Assembly (NCBI GenBank): GCA_020891255.1
Contig: BQFW01000002.1
Location: forward strand, 1,240,001 to 1,304,000
Direction: 5' to 3'
Length of the DNA stretch: 64,000 nt
DNA from: Entomortierella parvispora E1425
Taxonomy: Eukaryota; Fungi; Mortierellomycota
Below, in pieces: positions 25,603 through 40,274 of this stretch (the first letter of the stretch is position 1; the number at the start of each line of letters is the position of its first letter). The notes below the pieces were generated by a model. The model had not been told where the DNA came from and ran no database searches. It worked only from the letters and a program-made list of their open reading frames with translations. The translations under genes were made by a program, and so were the position numbers.

Positions 25603-28600
25603 AGAAGGTTGGCCAAACTGGCAGGCACCACTCCTGCAGGCAAACAATACCAGGCTACCTAATCGCTGCCCTGCTGGAATATATCCCGCCATCTCTCCTT
25701 CGGCTTGCCCAATTCAGAGTCAGTTTATTGTTTGTTCCCAGTCCTTCTCTGGCCGCAATATAACGTATTATGACCACAAAAGAAGAAAGGACGTGTAGAT
25801 GCATATCGGCGGTCAAGGATACTCTTCACTGACTGGGTCCTGGGAGGCAGTGTATGTGTTTAAGCGGACAATACCCCGTTTTCCATGAAATCTTGTGCAT
25901 GCATCGCACCGTCGCCCTGCGTGCACGAACCACCAGCCTGCGTGATCCCTTTCAATTGTTCAATCGAGCAACAAAAAGGAAAGAGGACAAACTGAGAAAC
26001 ACGCGATTCAGTCTTTCATGTTGTCCACAGACAAACGTTTTTGGACGCAGGAAGGAACTGTCCCGTCCATTGCTATGGTTTTTTTTTGTTTGTTCACTGC
26101 GGAGGTGCATCTACCTCTGCAGGTCATGCACGTAGGCTCAAGCTTTGGAACCCAGAACGCGAAGCCATCAGAGGCAAGAATGTTCCAAGCTGGAAAGGTG
26201 AGAGAAAACAAAGGAGAGGGGCAAGGACGGGACAACAATAAAACAGAATGATATTGGCTTTGTCCAAGCTGTCTGGACACAAGAAAAAAAGGAAAAGAAA
26301 AAAGAGATGAGGCGCAGATTCGGGTCAACTTCTGTGTTTGCTCACAGCTTTTCTTCTTTTTTTTTTTCAAAGAACCACCAACCACCAAAGCAACAAAGGT
26401 ATCAGAGGGCACGATCAAAGCCATTTCGACTCAGCCCTGCTTTCGTCAGCAACGAACCATTTGCATGCCAGTTTTGTTCACCCTTCCCCTCCAATGTCCA
26501 ATGATGATGTTTTTTTTTTTTTAAAAAAAAATCTTTTTGGGTTCCACGAAGACAAGGCATGAGTAGTGCTTTTTCTTCTGTTTCGATGCGGCTTGCATTG
26601 TTCATGCACAAGGAAGATAAGTGCGAGTTAGTTCAGCCCTGTCTATTCCAGATCAAAACCGGCGCTATCTCTGCAGATGGTAAGAATAAAGAGGCGGGCC
26701 GAGGCGCACTCAGGAACAAAAAGGTGGGCAAACGGCTGCAATAACATGCCTTCTAGATCATTTCGTTGGGATCACCGAAATTTTCATTCTCACTTTCACG
26801 CATTGCCTTTCCTGCTTTCCACTTCCCGTTGGAAAGTTTTAGCAGGAGCTCAGATTGATGCAAGCTGCCGACAAACGGGAGAGTGCCAGTAATCTAGGAT
26901 GGTTACCCGCCTTTGCAAATCCACGTCTGCTTCTAATGTGCAAACTCCTTACCTAAGAGGAGGGAGAAAGGTAGGAGATTTGACGGTTGGAGATCTAGAA
27001 ACAATTAGATGTTCGAAACGTGGTCATTGACCCTGTCTTCCTATTTTGGAGTCTTGAGATTGGCTAGTACAAAGAATGACCAAGTTCCCAATAAAGAAAG
27101 TTTCGAGAAGCAAGGAGGCTGAGGTGGCCAACGCGTATCCCTGGATGTTTGTGAGTACAGCAGATAGCGTCATTGATGACACGCGTCGCGAGTTTTCGCG
27201 TGCTGTTGAAAAACCAAGCCCGATCCCTCTCTTTTTGATGCAGTGTTGGCCGCAGCAAAATCTTCACCACCACCTTGCACAAAGCTGTTGACTCCTCTCC
27301 AGTTCCAGTTTTTAGTTTTTCCATTTTTCCGGGGAGCTTTTTTTTTTGTCATTGTGGCCAGAGGGGCTCATCTCTAGCGCACTGCTCAGCCATCAAGGCG
27401 ATGACCCTGAACCACTGAATAGAAGCGCCTGTTATGTCATTGTACGCGGTTTTTAGGCCACTTTGGAGGGAGGGTATCAACATTGTTGGTCGGCTTTGAT
27501 AGCAAGCAGCCACTGAGCTGCTTTTGACACAGAACCGAAGAGGTGCCCTGAATACATTGGTCAGAACAAAACTGCGACTTGTCCTTTCTCTAAAAACAAA
27601 AACTCAAAAAACCCCTCCTTTGACTGGGTGAACATATAGTTTTCTTTATCCTTCCCACTATTCAGCACAACATGAACGCACCGGCCAATGGAGATTCGCG
27701 TAAGAGAACGCCCAAACATCTTGTTTTTTTTTTGTTTTTTTTTTGTTTTTTTGTTTCGCGTTTCGTGACTATTCTGCATGAGGTCATCTTTGAAGACCAC
27801 GAATACAAACGTTGAGGCTTGGAGTGAAATGACTGAAGCAAGGTCGTCCGTGTCCTTTTCAACTTCATCACACTATTCACTCCACCCCTATGACCGAACA
27901 CACCACATTTTTTGAACTTTTAACCTCAAGGCCTGGTTCATATGAGAGCCTCAGCCGGAGACATGCAAAGAGCGTGGTTAGGAAGAAAAGGAGAGGGGAA
28001 AAAAGGAGACTAAGCGAAAGTCCCGATGGCCTTTCGAAGGACCAATAGTGGAGTGCCAGAGGGGAGGACAAAGAGGAAGAAAGAAAGAGAGGAGGGAAGG
28101 TTGATACCTCTCCGTTCCGTGCTTGGGACGATTAGCCGCTGTGACCCCGAGATCGGACAAACCTTATCTGGGTCAGAGGCCGATGGGGATGGGAGCTTGA
28201 GAGCGCTCTGCGTATCTCTCGGCAAAGAGCCATTTCCCTCTCCCTTTTACTCCTTGTTCCACTCGAGACCGAGACAACTCCGCACCGCATCATAGATTGA
28301 TTACCATCGGGTACCTTCTTTGTCTAGATCTTGTACACGTACTGTACATGCAAACTCGAAGACAGGGCAGTTATCACCAGTGGGATGGTGAGAGATATAG
28401 AGTCGCAATCGCAAGCTAGCACCGTCGCAATCGTACCAAGTGTTCGGGCACAAGCGTGATAGCTTGAGCTCGCCCCGTATCGCAGTTGTTCCAGCCTTCC
28501 CTCTTTAGCATCGTGTGACATGAAGGCTAGCCTTTTATGAAAAACAATCGAAGTAGAGAAAGGAGAATGGAAGATCTTCTACCATGGCATGGTTAAATGG

Positions 28601-31600
28601 AAAGCATTGACAGCAAGATCCATAAACGAGATCTGTTTGAGTACAAAAGACACCGAGGACATCTTTTTGTAACTGGCAATCACTAACCCAGAGTGCCAGC
28701 CCCTTCTCGAACTATGAACTGCCTTTTCGTCGTCATGGCTAAGACACGAGGAATATGAACGAGTTGAGATATTTGCCTTGTTCTTGATGGTGCCAAGTAT
28801 TAGTAAGACCAAGGGTGGTGTTCGTCCCGCAAGAAGAGGCAATGGGTTGGTACAGCAGCACAATGACGGGGGCAAAGACAAACAAGCAGCCAAGATAACT
28901 TAAACAAAGCTCGTGTAACGTTCCTCGGTCTAAAACGATCATCACCACTGCCGACGATCCCCTCTTCAAGTCCCAAAAGGAAAGTGTCTCCCCACATGCG
29001 ACGCAGGTACGCTAACAGAGCGAGAAAGACGAAATCCTGCTACTGTACCTTCCATTGATATCGGATAGTATCCGTAGAGTACTATCGCCACAAGTGCGGA
29101 GCGGCAGAGAGGTATATATTTGCAATTCCGATCCTTCACGAACATTGATCGATCGAGGTCCATAGCAAAAAGAGCACCTTTCAGTCTAGAGAGAGACCGT
29201 GTTTCCCTTGGGACCGGCCAAAAGGCTATGTTCCCAGATTTCGCCGGCGCAGCCGACGTCAACGTGCAGAAAGATACCGAAGTTGTTGGACAACATGGCG
29301 CCATCTGAAGCGCGTTTTTTCTCTATTTTTTCATCCTCTCTCTCTCTAAAAAAAACAGGCCGCTGCGTGGCTTGTGTGACAATGCACAGGGCAATGGCCA
29401 TAGTCCCAAAGCTGATGAGACAAGGCATATCCATGTCCCCGACTCTTGGGCGCTCTCATCTCTGGTTAGTCCAGCGCGCAGGTGGCCGTCCCGTCCATTG
29501 AACGCCGTGAGTACGGCCGCCAAAAAAAAAAAAAAAAAGGAAAAATGAACTGGGTCATCTGCTTCATGTGCTTTGACGCCCTTTTTTCTTTACTTTTGTT
29601 ACGCCTGTGCCATGACGCGATCCAGCCTTTATGGGTCACTATCCGTGGTGGCGAAGACAAACGAATGACTGCGGTATCTCAGGAGACAACATATTCCCGT
29701 ACCCAACATCAATTTAATTTTTTTTTGCCGCCGGTGTCCGTCCTTCGTTGCAGAGAGAAAAAAAGGGGGATCCATACCGCAATTGGATAAAGGATTTTGT
29801 CGTGATGTTTGTGATGGGCTGTGTGTTGTTTACATGACAGGATCAGGGCAGGTGCAAGGGACGAGGCGCGTGTTCACAAACTTCATTTCCGTGAGGACAC
29901 CCGAAGTTTTAGTCGTCGCCCCATGCTCTTGGTTGTTGTTTGGTCATATTACCTTAACATCCCTTCCCACCCCAGCCTCAAGGATGAAAAAATGGTAGGG
30001 CTAAGGCGATTTTCGACCACTCTCTCATGTTCTTTCGAATTTAAGGACTCAAAACAAAATTGACGATAGACATGAACAATCAATTTGGACAAGACATCCT
30101 GCGGGATCTCTATAGAGTTGTAGCTGTTAGACGACTTGACGATGTTTTGCGGCTGGTAGCGTCAGTGAAATCACTTCCTCTAATAGACGGGTTTCAACCA
30201 TTTTGGGGTATTGGGGAAAGTAGGGTGGTGTCTTTGCTTGAATGTTAAAAAAGGTTTAATCCTTGAAATGACCTGTTGGAAGCCTTGCCAAGATGAAAAG
30301 GTGCAAGTGTCCCTGGATAGAAAGTTCTGGGATGGAACAGAGAGAAAAACAAGGTAATTGGGTGTTAGGATATTCCATCAAGGCCTTGAGGGAAATGATT
30401 CGAACAAGGTGCAGGGAATGGAGCCGCGTGCGCGCGCGAGTCGGGTGCAGTCCAGAGAGGACAAAATCTATTTTTTTCCCCAACGACGCGTTTTTTTTTG
30501 TGCCTGATCTAGAGCTGGAAAGAATTACTGCCTTTTCGCGTATCCTATGGTGGTCCCGAAATAATTGATCGCCGTTTATGACCACCAAGCAGCCGGACTG
30601 GAGGCAAGGAATCGACGAGGCAGGAAGGTAAGGCTGCATGGAACCAAAGAGGGACCTTCCATTGGGCACGAATTTCCTGCCTCGCGTCGTTTCAGATCCC
30701 AAATCCCAAAGATTCCCAAAGATAAGCTTTCGTTCGTTCCAGGGTCTTGTTTCAATGGCCGACCTCGTGGCGGAATGGGGACGGCTCGGCTCATCACAAT
30801 GCACCGGCATTGCATTTCCATTGAAAGACCATTTCTTCCGCCTTCTCATTCCGTACCTTGCACCTTCCGTGCTTTCCTTGTGGTATGTCATTACAGGGGC
30901 TCATCAACCTAATCGCCTAGAAAGAAGGAGAACGGATGAAAAAAATAAAAAACCCAATCAGTCGTGGACCGCGCCCTGGGTCACTCTGAGAAGAGCGGCG
31001 GAGGGGTGGCGAGGATGAACTCCTGAAAGCGTGAGAGAAGAGGGGGCAAGGGCGATCAGTCTTGTTTGAGTTTTTCTTTCCATGCATCTCTTTTGTTTTC
31101 TACCATCAAGGTTTGCTCCCGAGATGGGTCAAGTCCCCTTCATTTTTTTTGCACTATCCGCGGCAGTTCATGCCAAACAACAATCAAAGAAAAGGAGACG
31201 AAGCGCATGTGTATCCCTGCTCTAGGGTTGACTTTCCAGAGTGAAAGCCCTTGAACTCTTTCGTTTCTGCTATTCATAATCAGGCAACACCCTCAGAAAA
31301 CAAAACCAAAAAAAAAAAAAAAAAAAAAGAAGGGAAGGTTCTCTTCTGCTATGCAAGTCAGAGCCTTGTAGACTTGCACATCATTCTTTCTGTCCAAGGG
31401 GCGGGAAATGCTCGTCGCTTCATACTCTTGTCATAGCATCATTTTACTAGACTCTCTGGTGTCGGCCTGGGCGGTGAAAGAGGGGGCAGACTTTTACTGG
31501 AAATGATGTACCCTTATCTCTTTGGGAAGAAAATTGTCAGAAATTGTTTCTGTTTCTCACAGCTCCGACTGAGCGTGAGTGTTCCCGACAAATCTGTTGT

Positions 31601-34600
31601 CCACAGAAGAAAACTAAAAGGAACAAGAAAAGCGCTCTCATCGGAGAACAGGTGCATACAACTGGTCAACTGACCCTTCCTCCCGATGGAGGGGAGTTGG
31701 CCTCAAGGCTCTTGGGCCCTGGCAAGAATGGAGCAATAATAATAATAAAAAAATCATGGAAAACTCTGACCAAAACGTGATAGAGGCTGAGAGATCAGAG
31801 GGCCTGGAACTTGACAGAGTACGCCTCTGCAGTCCTCGTGCTCTCTGACTTTTAGGGTTATGGTGTATTCCCACTCCTCTTGCACAAGAAAAAAGAATAG
31901 GCGGAAATATGACTCCGCATGCATAGTTTCGAACAGTTGTCCAACGAAGGAGTTCAATTGAGACGAGCTACGAGTAATCGTCATCCGGTGCCGTTTAAAG
32001 TTGTTGGCAAGTTCAAGGGGTGGAAAAAAAAATAATGGCCAAAGGGAAACGAGGAGCTTGGCTAACCGATTACAAAAAACCACCGAGGATCAAAAAGATT
32101 GAGAGGCTTCTCACCCCTGCTTTGCTGTAAAGGCGATCAGTCATCGTATAGCCGGTGGCAAAACAACGTCGGATGGTCCATTGCCCCAATCGTTGTCGTC
32201 GCATTGACTCTTAATCAGGAGTAAAGGATCCCACAAATAATTGAAAGGTGAAGTGGGGAGATCACCTGGTGCGTTCAACCCCGAGCGATTTCGTTTTGAT
32301 ATCATCACAATAGCAAAGAGCAACCAGAGGTTTCCAAGTGTTTTATTTTAATGTCAGGGACCCCGTGGCCACTTGTAGCAGGGCTCCCCAGAAGACACCA
32401 TAGAAACCCCTCACTCGGTTCGTGATCATTATTCTCTATCTCACGGCTGTTATATCAAGCGCACGATCCACTGTGCAGGCCCCTGTGGGAGCTTCTCATT
32501 TATGAAGCGGGCACCCTGACCTATGTTTAACTGCAGCTCACGTCATCTGTCTATCTCCGAACCCATTTTTGTTGTTTGTTTTGCCTTGATCGACAAGTAG
32601 ATTAGCAGGGTCAGGTCCAAAGGGCACTCCATAGCTGAAAACCACAAGCAAGGATTTCGATGTTTGGAGACGCCCTGATGCAACTCAGTCAGTATTGCCC
32701 AATCGCCTCAAAACAAATAAAAAAGAGTAAACATCAATACCACGTTTCTGCTGTCGTCGACTCATTCGAAAACGGACTACAGCGCTCACCATAATTTTAA
32801 CAAAAAAAAAAAAAAAAAATGGCACAGTCGGTCTCGGGAAACTCATTTCGAGGAAATTGGATAGTCCTTTTGGAAGAAACACAAGATGCCACAATGTCGA
32901 TCTATTCGTAAGGCTTCAGGAGCAGATTCTCGAGATATATTTGTAATGAATGATCAGCAGTTGAAAGAGCTGACGACTTGATCGCAATGGCGATGAGGGT
33001 GGAGAAAATACAACGGTATTGTAAACTAAAGATCAGACGATACCACTGAATCTTCGAAGTCTGTATTGTTCTTCTCTCAACCGTCATGGTACCAAGGAAA
33101 TAAAAAAAAAATGATCGCACTCTGTACACCTTCATACTATGATCTACGAAAAAAAAAAAAGGCAGCGGCGGCGCCTTGAGCCTATGTTTCGTCCGAGTAA
33201 TGTACCTTAATGCAGTGAGGGGGGGAAAATGTATCGTTAGGGCTACTCCTTTGCAGAAAAAATGTATCCCGAGACGTATTCCAGCTCTTCTGCCGCTTTT
33301 GGCTTAGGAACTTTTGAACTATCCGAACAACTTCAAGTGATAAAAGATGGAACCATTGTCCGCGCCGGCGAGTTTTGTCATTTCAAAGACGCTGGCCCCC
33401 TACTCGTTCTCCTTCTGATTTACTTGGATATCCAAAAGTTCTAATGGAGAGGTTTCTTCTGTGGATAGGGCTTATACATATGAGTGGCAAGATAGAGCAT
33501 CGTGTCGTGTCTAGAAAAGCGAACTTATTCCCTTATTCCTTTCCATTCATCCACGAGTTGACGCGTGGTGTTCTTGAGAAACCTCTCTTCAGCCTATTAT
33601 GAAGACTCTGCGCTCCTCCATCAACATACTGCGAGTCTCCACATTCCCGTTTCTGAGTAATTTGTTTTTGTAGACGCGCCTTCTGTTACGAGCTACATTT
33701 TTTTTTTAAATCCTCATTCCCCCGCGGATGGATTGGATGCTGTCCCTTGATACACGCTAGGGGCTGTGTTGAATGAGGGATGCCCTGATTTCCTGTCAAG
33801 CTAAATTCTAAGTCCCCTGCCTAGCAACTGTTCATAGCGGTGTTCGGGACAAAGCACACCGCCCGCCATGCGCCCTCCTCCATCCATTCATTTCACTAGA
33901 TTCAGCAGCTTCCACAGAGACTACCCCTTCAGTACATGAAGAAATTTGCAATTTATCGCGTTTCCAGATTGAAATCAGCGTGAGATCAGCGTGAGAGCGT
34001 ACCCACAGATTCAGTGGTTGCCTTTGACTTGTTCTCCAATTAGCGGGCGATTCTGCCTTTGCTTTAGCATAGAAACACAGTGGTCTCCGGGAAGGACATG
34101 CAGCAGGCCGCTTTATACTTTGTACCACCATGCCGAGTCATGGTTGCTTGCTAAAAATATGACACATCCCTCAGGGAAGTTCATTTCGCGCATTCGATGG
34201 GTCGGGTTGAGGATGTTCCCGTCTCCTGGTTTGGCGCCAGCCACCATATAGTGATATGTTGAGCTGTTCATACCCCCATGGCTTCTATGTGAGAGGGATA
34301 GCACTTGCAATGTCGGTCGGGGGGATTCTATGCCAAAGGCAGTCTTTGCATGCCTATGGCCACGCAGGGGTAACACCATGCCATCACTCGAAGCACTTTT
34401 TGAGATCAGTTGTGGGCGGTGCATTTTGCGTTTTGAAGATTTACCTTAAAACGCCGGTGTAACTTAACTCGCTGCCCAATCCATTATTTTGTTCAGGCTG
34501 CTCTCTGACCGCCAGTTGGACCGGAAAGGGAGTATCATGCGACCTTCGAGCCGCATTGTCGTTCAAGGACGCTGTGAGTTTTTTTTCATCACTAATTCCG

Positions 34601-37155
34601 ATCGCACGTCATCCTTGGCTGAACAAAGCCAGTCGGACAGTCTGGATGCTGTGTGAAAGATACAAGCGTGGGCTACAAATTGAGCTGCACTTTCTGGAAA
34701 AGAGCAATTGGGAAAGCGGCAACGTCGCATGCGCCATGGAGTGTCCATGGGGGCGATCAATTGATATGACTCGTCGTCCCACCTCATCTCAAACAGCGAG
34801 AGCTGTTGCAGTGTTTCCGTGGCAGTCAAGGATGGTTGCGCGCTTCCGTCCCAGGCGGGGTGGACGCACTAGTCCACATCTGAGTCCCACAAATGCAACC
34901 CGGGGCAGCCGCGACTAACCAGCATTCTTTACCGTTTCATATTGATTGCGTTCAACAGTCCAACGCAAGAAGGATGGATGCACAAAGTTCGAGCACGGTA
35001 CTCTTAGTCAATTCAATTGTTCACCTAATCCCCTCCCTGATCAATACAGTCTTTTCTTTACATGCACTCTGTGCCACGATTTCCTCGCATGCAAAAACAC
35101 ACACACAAACTGACGGACAACAACAAACGGAAAACAAAACACTTGGGTGTGCGTGCGTGCGTGCGTGCGAGTGGTCTGTCCTTCCTCTTGGCCCCTTTCT
35201 CTCTGCCCTTCACCGTGGGCGGAGGACTCTGCGATGTAATGATGTGTGCAACCGTCCCTCCCAGTCAATCGAGGAAGGATTTCCATAAAGACCATCGTCC
35301 AGGGTTGTTTTGTTCTTTCTTGCTTTCGTTCGCCTTTTTTTTTTTTTTTTCAAAAACTTCCATTCTCGAATCTCAAACCCTTCGTTCGCTCTCCAGGCAG
35401 CCCAGCCCTCTTGCACATTTGCTTAATCAACCACCCTTGTGCAAGCCCTTCACAATACATACCCTTGCTTCATCGCACGCCCTTAGTACTGATATCTCAA
35501 CACCTATCCGACTTTTGTTGTTTCGAGCCCTTTTCAAAGGGCCGCATCGCTCAAATCGACTCTGACTGTACTCCATCATCACATCTGCCGTTTCAAGAAG
35601 GGACACAGAGGCTCAATTGCATGCAAAAAGGGTCCTCGTCTAGTCCTGGCCACTTCATAATCGGTTTCTCTTGGGCTTTCAGCTGTTCCTGTCCATACAT
35701 CCATCCCAATCCTTGTCGACAAACTGCTGCCTTTAGAGTTTCCCTCTCTTTCCTCCGCGATCCATCCGTCATAAGCTTCACACGACGCGGCTTGCGGTAA
35801 GTCAAATGAAGAGATGAAAAAAAAAAAGACATCTTCTGCATCCTCTCGGTGGGAATATGGTTAACATCGGCACGACCTGTTCGGCCCGGAAAAAAAAAGC
35901 TTTTTTCTCCTTGGATTTTGTCTCATACATCCTCTGCACCCTTCGACCCAGCCTACTTCTGCTTTGATCCTGTTCGTTCTTCAACATCCACCCAGCAATA
36001 GCCCAAGCGGGTGATAGCCTTTCACTACCTTGTTTTTACCTCTCCCTTCGTTTCCAATGCACCAATGCGCGATGCTCTCGAAGACATCGCATCGCGTCTT
36101 CTCAAACATACTCTTGGGTCTTTTCCTTTTTTTTTTTTTTTTTTTTTTTGCAATTACGGTTCTCAAGCCCCAGGTTGTGTGATCTTCGGTGCTTCATCCA
36201 CCTTGTTTTGTTCATCCACATTATCCTCCTCAACTGCAGCTTTCAGTTGGTGGTAGTCTCATAGTTCTGTGTCAAGTGTTGGGCGAGCCCACCCTCCTTC
36301 ACTCGTGCTCAGTTCTCGCAAAGATTTTTTTCTGTTCAGTCACTCGGCACCATTCTGAACCTGATTATACCTTCAGTTCTTAGTTTAATTATCTATTTGG
36401 TTCGTACGCATGCTTTGGTTCTCCCCCCCTCAACTGAATCTTTATATTCGGTTCTTCCCAATCACGAAAACGTTACGGAGCCAATTGGTTCTGGAACTTT
36501 TTTTTTCTCTCCAGTGATCCCTCCCCCCTGTGCCTCCTGAGCCTTTGGGCGTGTTGCTCCTTCTGCTCCTTTGCCCTCAACTCCTCCCACTTTTACCCGC
36601 CGTGTTCTTCCCACCACTCTTTTATTCGCTCTCGACATTGTTCCTCGCATTAATCAAAAAAGTGTACTTGCGTGCGTCGGCACAGCTTTCCCAGCCTCGA
36701 GCTGTTCGCGCCATTGGAGTGTTCTTCCTTCACTCTTGATGTCTTTATCTGTTCCATGTCCGACAGAAAAATGACAACATGACTAACTGACTATTTTTCT
36801 GTTGTTCCTGTTTGACTTGTCCCCCCCCTCCGTCTCCTGGATTCCTTCTAGTGACGAGAAGACTTTGTAATCGCGACCCAATTGGTGTTCTCCGACCCGA
36901 GCCCCCTCTCCCTCGACCTGGCTGCTCACTCTTTCGCAATTCCTGTGATCGCGCATTTTTTTTTCAACTCTTTGCCCACCAGCCTTCCTCATCTTTATAT
37001 TCTTGCTGCAACCGATTCGTCCGCTCGCGTCAATTGACTGTACCCGCGCTGGTATTCCACTCAATTTCAGTTAATTTTTACAATAATTTTTTCCTGTTTG
37101 GCCGATTTGCTTTTTTTCTTCCCCTTCCACATCCTTCTCCTCCCTCCACCCAAAT

Positions 37156-37713
37156 ATGGCTCTATTTGATTCTCACACACAATCCTCGACAAATCCTTCC
37201 TTGACTACGACCGCGTTGATCTCTAGCAGCGAGACTTCCCTTCCTCCTCCTCCAACTATGACTGCAGCACCCTTGTATTGTCGATCCATGTCGGCGCCTT
37301 CCCGCAGTCTTCAGTTCTCAGAGTTTGGCCGGGATGTCTTTCTGCCTGCTGCTCCACCGAGTCCAGCCATGATGGCGACTACGACCATGATTCACCAGGT
37401 CGGACACCGAGATTCCGGTTTTAGCGTCGGCAACGGCGAAGGCAATAACAATAGCAGTGGGGCCATCGACAAGGAGAACACAAACAATATCAACCAAGGG
37501 AGAGTTGTGCCGATGCTGATCAATCCGCAACAACAACAGTATCACGCGGTATCAATGTCCCCCTCCGTACCCGACCTCCAATTGAGCATGCCCCTCGAAA
37601 CACAAACTCAATTGCTGCAGCAACATCGTCAGCAACAGCAACAACAACAACAACAACAACAACAGCAGCAACGGCATCAGCATCAGCAACAGCAACAGCA
37701 ACAGCAACGGCAT

Positions 37714-37754
<41 letters not shown>

Positions 37755-39570
37755 TCAGCAACAACAGCAGCAACAACAGCAGCAACATATCCAACATATC
37801 CAGCAGATGCAACAGCAAGTGCCGCAACATCCACACTCACATCAGGTGCAACAACAAGCAGTGGTGAATGTGCATCCAGTGACTAATACGAACTACACAT
37901 ATCAGCCATTACATCCACTGCAGCAGCAACAACGGTCGATTCACCCTTTCCAGATGGACATACTCCATTCGTCGCTTGAGGCAAGTGTCCCAGATAGCTA
38001 CAACACAGCATCCCCGAATGCCAGGTTTGAGTTCATGGGTGAAGCGTCGGGAGTAGATCAGCAATTTCAAAAGCAACATCAGCAGCAACAACAGCAACAG
38101 AGCCAATTGAACTCGCAACCACAATCTCAACCACAACAACTCTCCCACCTTCACCCTCTGCAGCCACTGACGCACCAGCCATTGCAGCATCAACAGTCTT
38201 TCCAACCGTCGCTCCAACAGCTGCACCACTCACATCACCAGCAGCAACTACAGCAGCAGAATGTTGATCAGGGAGGTCACCTCACAAAAGATTCATTCCC
38301 AGCGACGACCTGCTCTCCTTCAATGCCTTCAATGTCGTCGCCTTCCTCCGCAACTTCCTTCGCTAGTGGTGTGACATCAATGCTTTCAGAAAGTTCAATG
38401 TCGTTATCCTCCCAAGATCGGTCCTCCATTTCATCTACCTCGACCACTCTTTCTTCCTCGTCCTGCAGTCCAACCGCTTTTTCAAATGGGTTCGGAGACA
38501 CCTGTTTCTCTTCCTCTCCAACGACCCTCAGTCATGGACAGCATTTGGTCCGAGCGCCATCCTTACCGTTTTACAACAGCAACAACAACAACAATCATCC
38601 AGATTTTCCGTCACAATTGGACGTCATGTCACCTGCAGAGGAAAGGACCCTTTGTGCTGCCGCTAACGGGTTCCCACGCCATGGATCCGTGGGTTCACTC
38701 TACCCTCTGACTCATTCACACGAGCTGTTGGATCACTCTCCAGCATCTTCAGCCGTGATGATGCGAGCTTCATTTTCATCCGCCTCGGACTCGTCTTCCT
38801 CATCTGTAGGAGGCATGGTCGGAATTGGTGGCGGTAGCGGGTCCGGAAATCGTGCATTTGAGCCAGGAACGGCCATGGTCCCTTCGTTGTCTTCGACCTC
38901 GATCTCTTCGACTTCGTCCCTGTCAGCGAACATTGGAAGTCGAAGAAGACCTTCGTCCACTCGGGCCTCCTCCATCACATTCCCACCCAGTGCCACCGGT
39001 GGTGGGGTCGCTGGTGGTGTTGGTAACCAAAAGAGTGGGCTGACAAAGCCACGACGCAACTCTGAGAGCCCTGATTCTCCGACAAAGCTCTATCTCTGCA
39101 CACACCTGGATTGCGCCCAACAGTTTAAGCGTAATGAGCACATGAAGCGCCATGTCAAGTCTGTTCACACCCCCGAGAAACGTAAGTGGTTCTCATTGTT
39201 GTTGTTTTTGTTTTTTGTTTGTTATCGCAAGTTCAAAAAAAAAATACCCGATATTTTTTACATCACAGTCTTGCCTTCTGTCCGTTGAGAAAAAAAAAAA
39301 AAAAAAAAGATGCAATTTAACCTTTTGGCCCTTTTTTGACCTTCTCCCTTCTCGCCTTCTCGCCCTCTCTTCTATTTCTCTTTAGCCTACTTGTGCCCTT
39401 TCCCGGACTGCCTCAAGAGATTCGCAAGGAGCGACAACTTGCATCAACACACGCGGATCCATCGCCATGACAAGGAAAAGTTCCCACACCTCATGTATAC
39501 AAACTTTAACAACACTGTGAGTACCAGCGGAGGGCCTACTCGGCGCAAGGTATCGTCTACCGGATTGTAA
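37156..39570 (+). CDS. Msn2/Msn4-like (MsnA/Seb1-type) C2H2 zinc-finger transcription factor with polyQ (736 aa)
   Basis: Exons 37156-39181 and 39386-39570. The fingers CTHLDCAQQFKRNEHMKRHVKSVH and CPFPDCLKRFARSDNLHQHTRIH resemble the Msn2/4 KRSEHLKRH and RSDNL signatures. Confidence 0.85.
37621..37815 (+). repeat. CAG/CAA trinucleotide repeat encoding a His/Arg-interrupted polyglutamine tract
   Basis: About 60 consecutive codons dominated by CAA/CAG, with CAT/CGG interruptions. Confidence 0.95.
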
Positions 39571-40274
39571 GGAACGAAGCTACGAATGGATCGGCTCCTT
39601 CCTCTCTCTCCTTCTCTTTCGCGATCTCATCCATTGCGCCGATCTCCCTTTTTTCTCTTCTCTTGAACTTGTCTCACCCCAACTTTTGGAGACCCGCGGA
39701 CTCGACCGGAAGGATGAAGAGAGGAAATGGCCCTTTTCTACACTTTCGTCTGTGTGCTCTTCGTGCCTCCGGTTTGGGAGGGAGTGGAAACGGGCAGCTG
39801 ACAGTGTGGTTCCAACAGAGTCAACCAAAGCTAACATGTCAGCAAATCCAAAGAGAGAAACATCGCAGCATCGCAACTCCAGTTACTCCGAGTCCTTTAT
39901 AGTCAGTTTTTTTTCCCACCCTCTCCTCTCTCCTTGTGCTTTTTTTTTTCAGCTCTCTCTCTTTCTCAAGCATCTTATACTTTTGATATACCACCACCAC
40001 CACAGCCAAGTGGTGCCGATACCCAAAATATTCTTGTTGCACAGATAAAAAAAAAGTGGCATGGGTAGCGGTGCAGATCCTACTGATGCCGGTTCTTGTA
40101 CATGTACATAGTCTTTTTTACCTTTACCTTCTCTTTGCCCTTTTGCCATTATCCCGCATCAATAATGTTCATAAAATCAACTCAAACAATCCATTGACTA
40201 CTGCGAAAAGAAAAAAAAAAAGGGTGAAAAAGACGCGTGGCAGATACAATCGAATCGGGGTACTTTTACTTCAA

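Noticed and set aside
30256-30891. 211-aa minus-strand ORF in the gene desert
   Set aside because: No recognisable motif, composition typical of random frames, and no supporting splice structure.
33853-33868. cacaccgcccg, resembling a conserved SSU rRNA motif
   Set aside because: Only about 11 nt match and the flanks are not rRNA-like.
25603-37155. Enrichment of STRE (AGGGG/CCCCT) sites upstream of the Msn2-like gene, suggesting autoregulation
   Set aside because: I counted roughly two dozen sites by eye, close to the about 22 expected by chance in 11.5 kb on both strands.
37520-37840. Poly-Leu and poly-Ala/Val ORFs on the minus strand
   Set aside because: These are antisense shadows of the CAG/CAA polyQ repeat.
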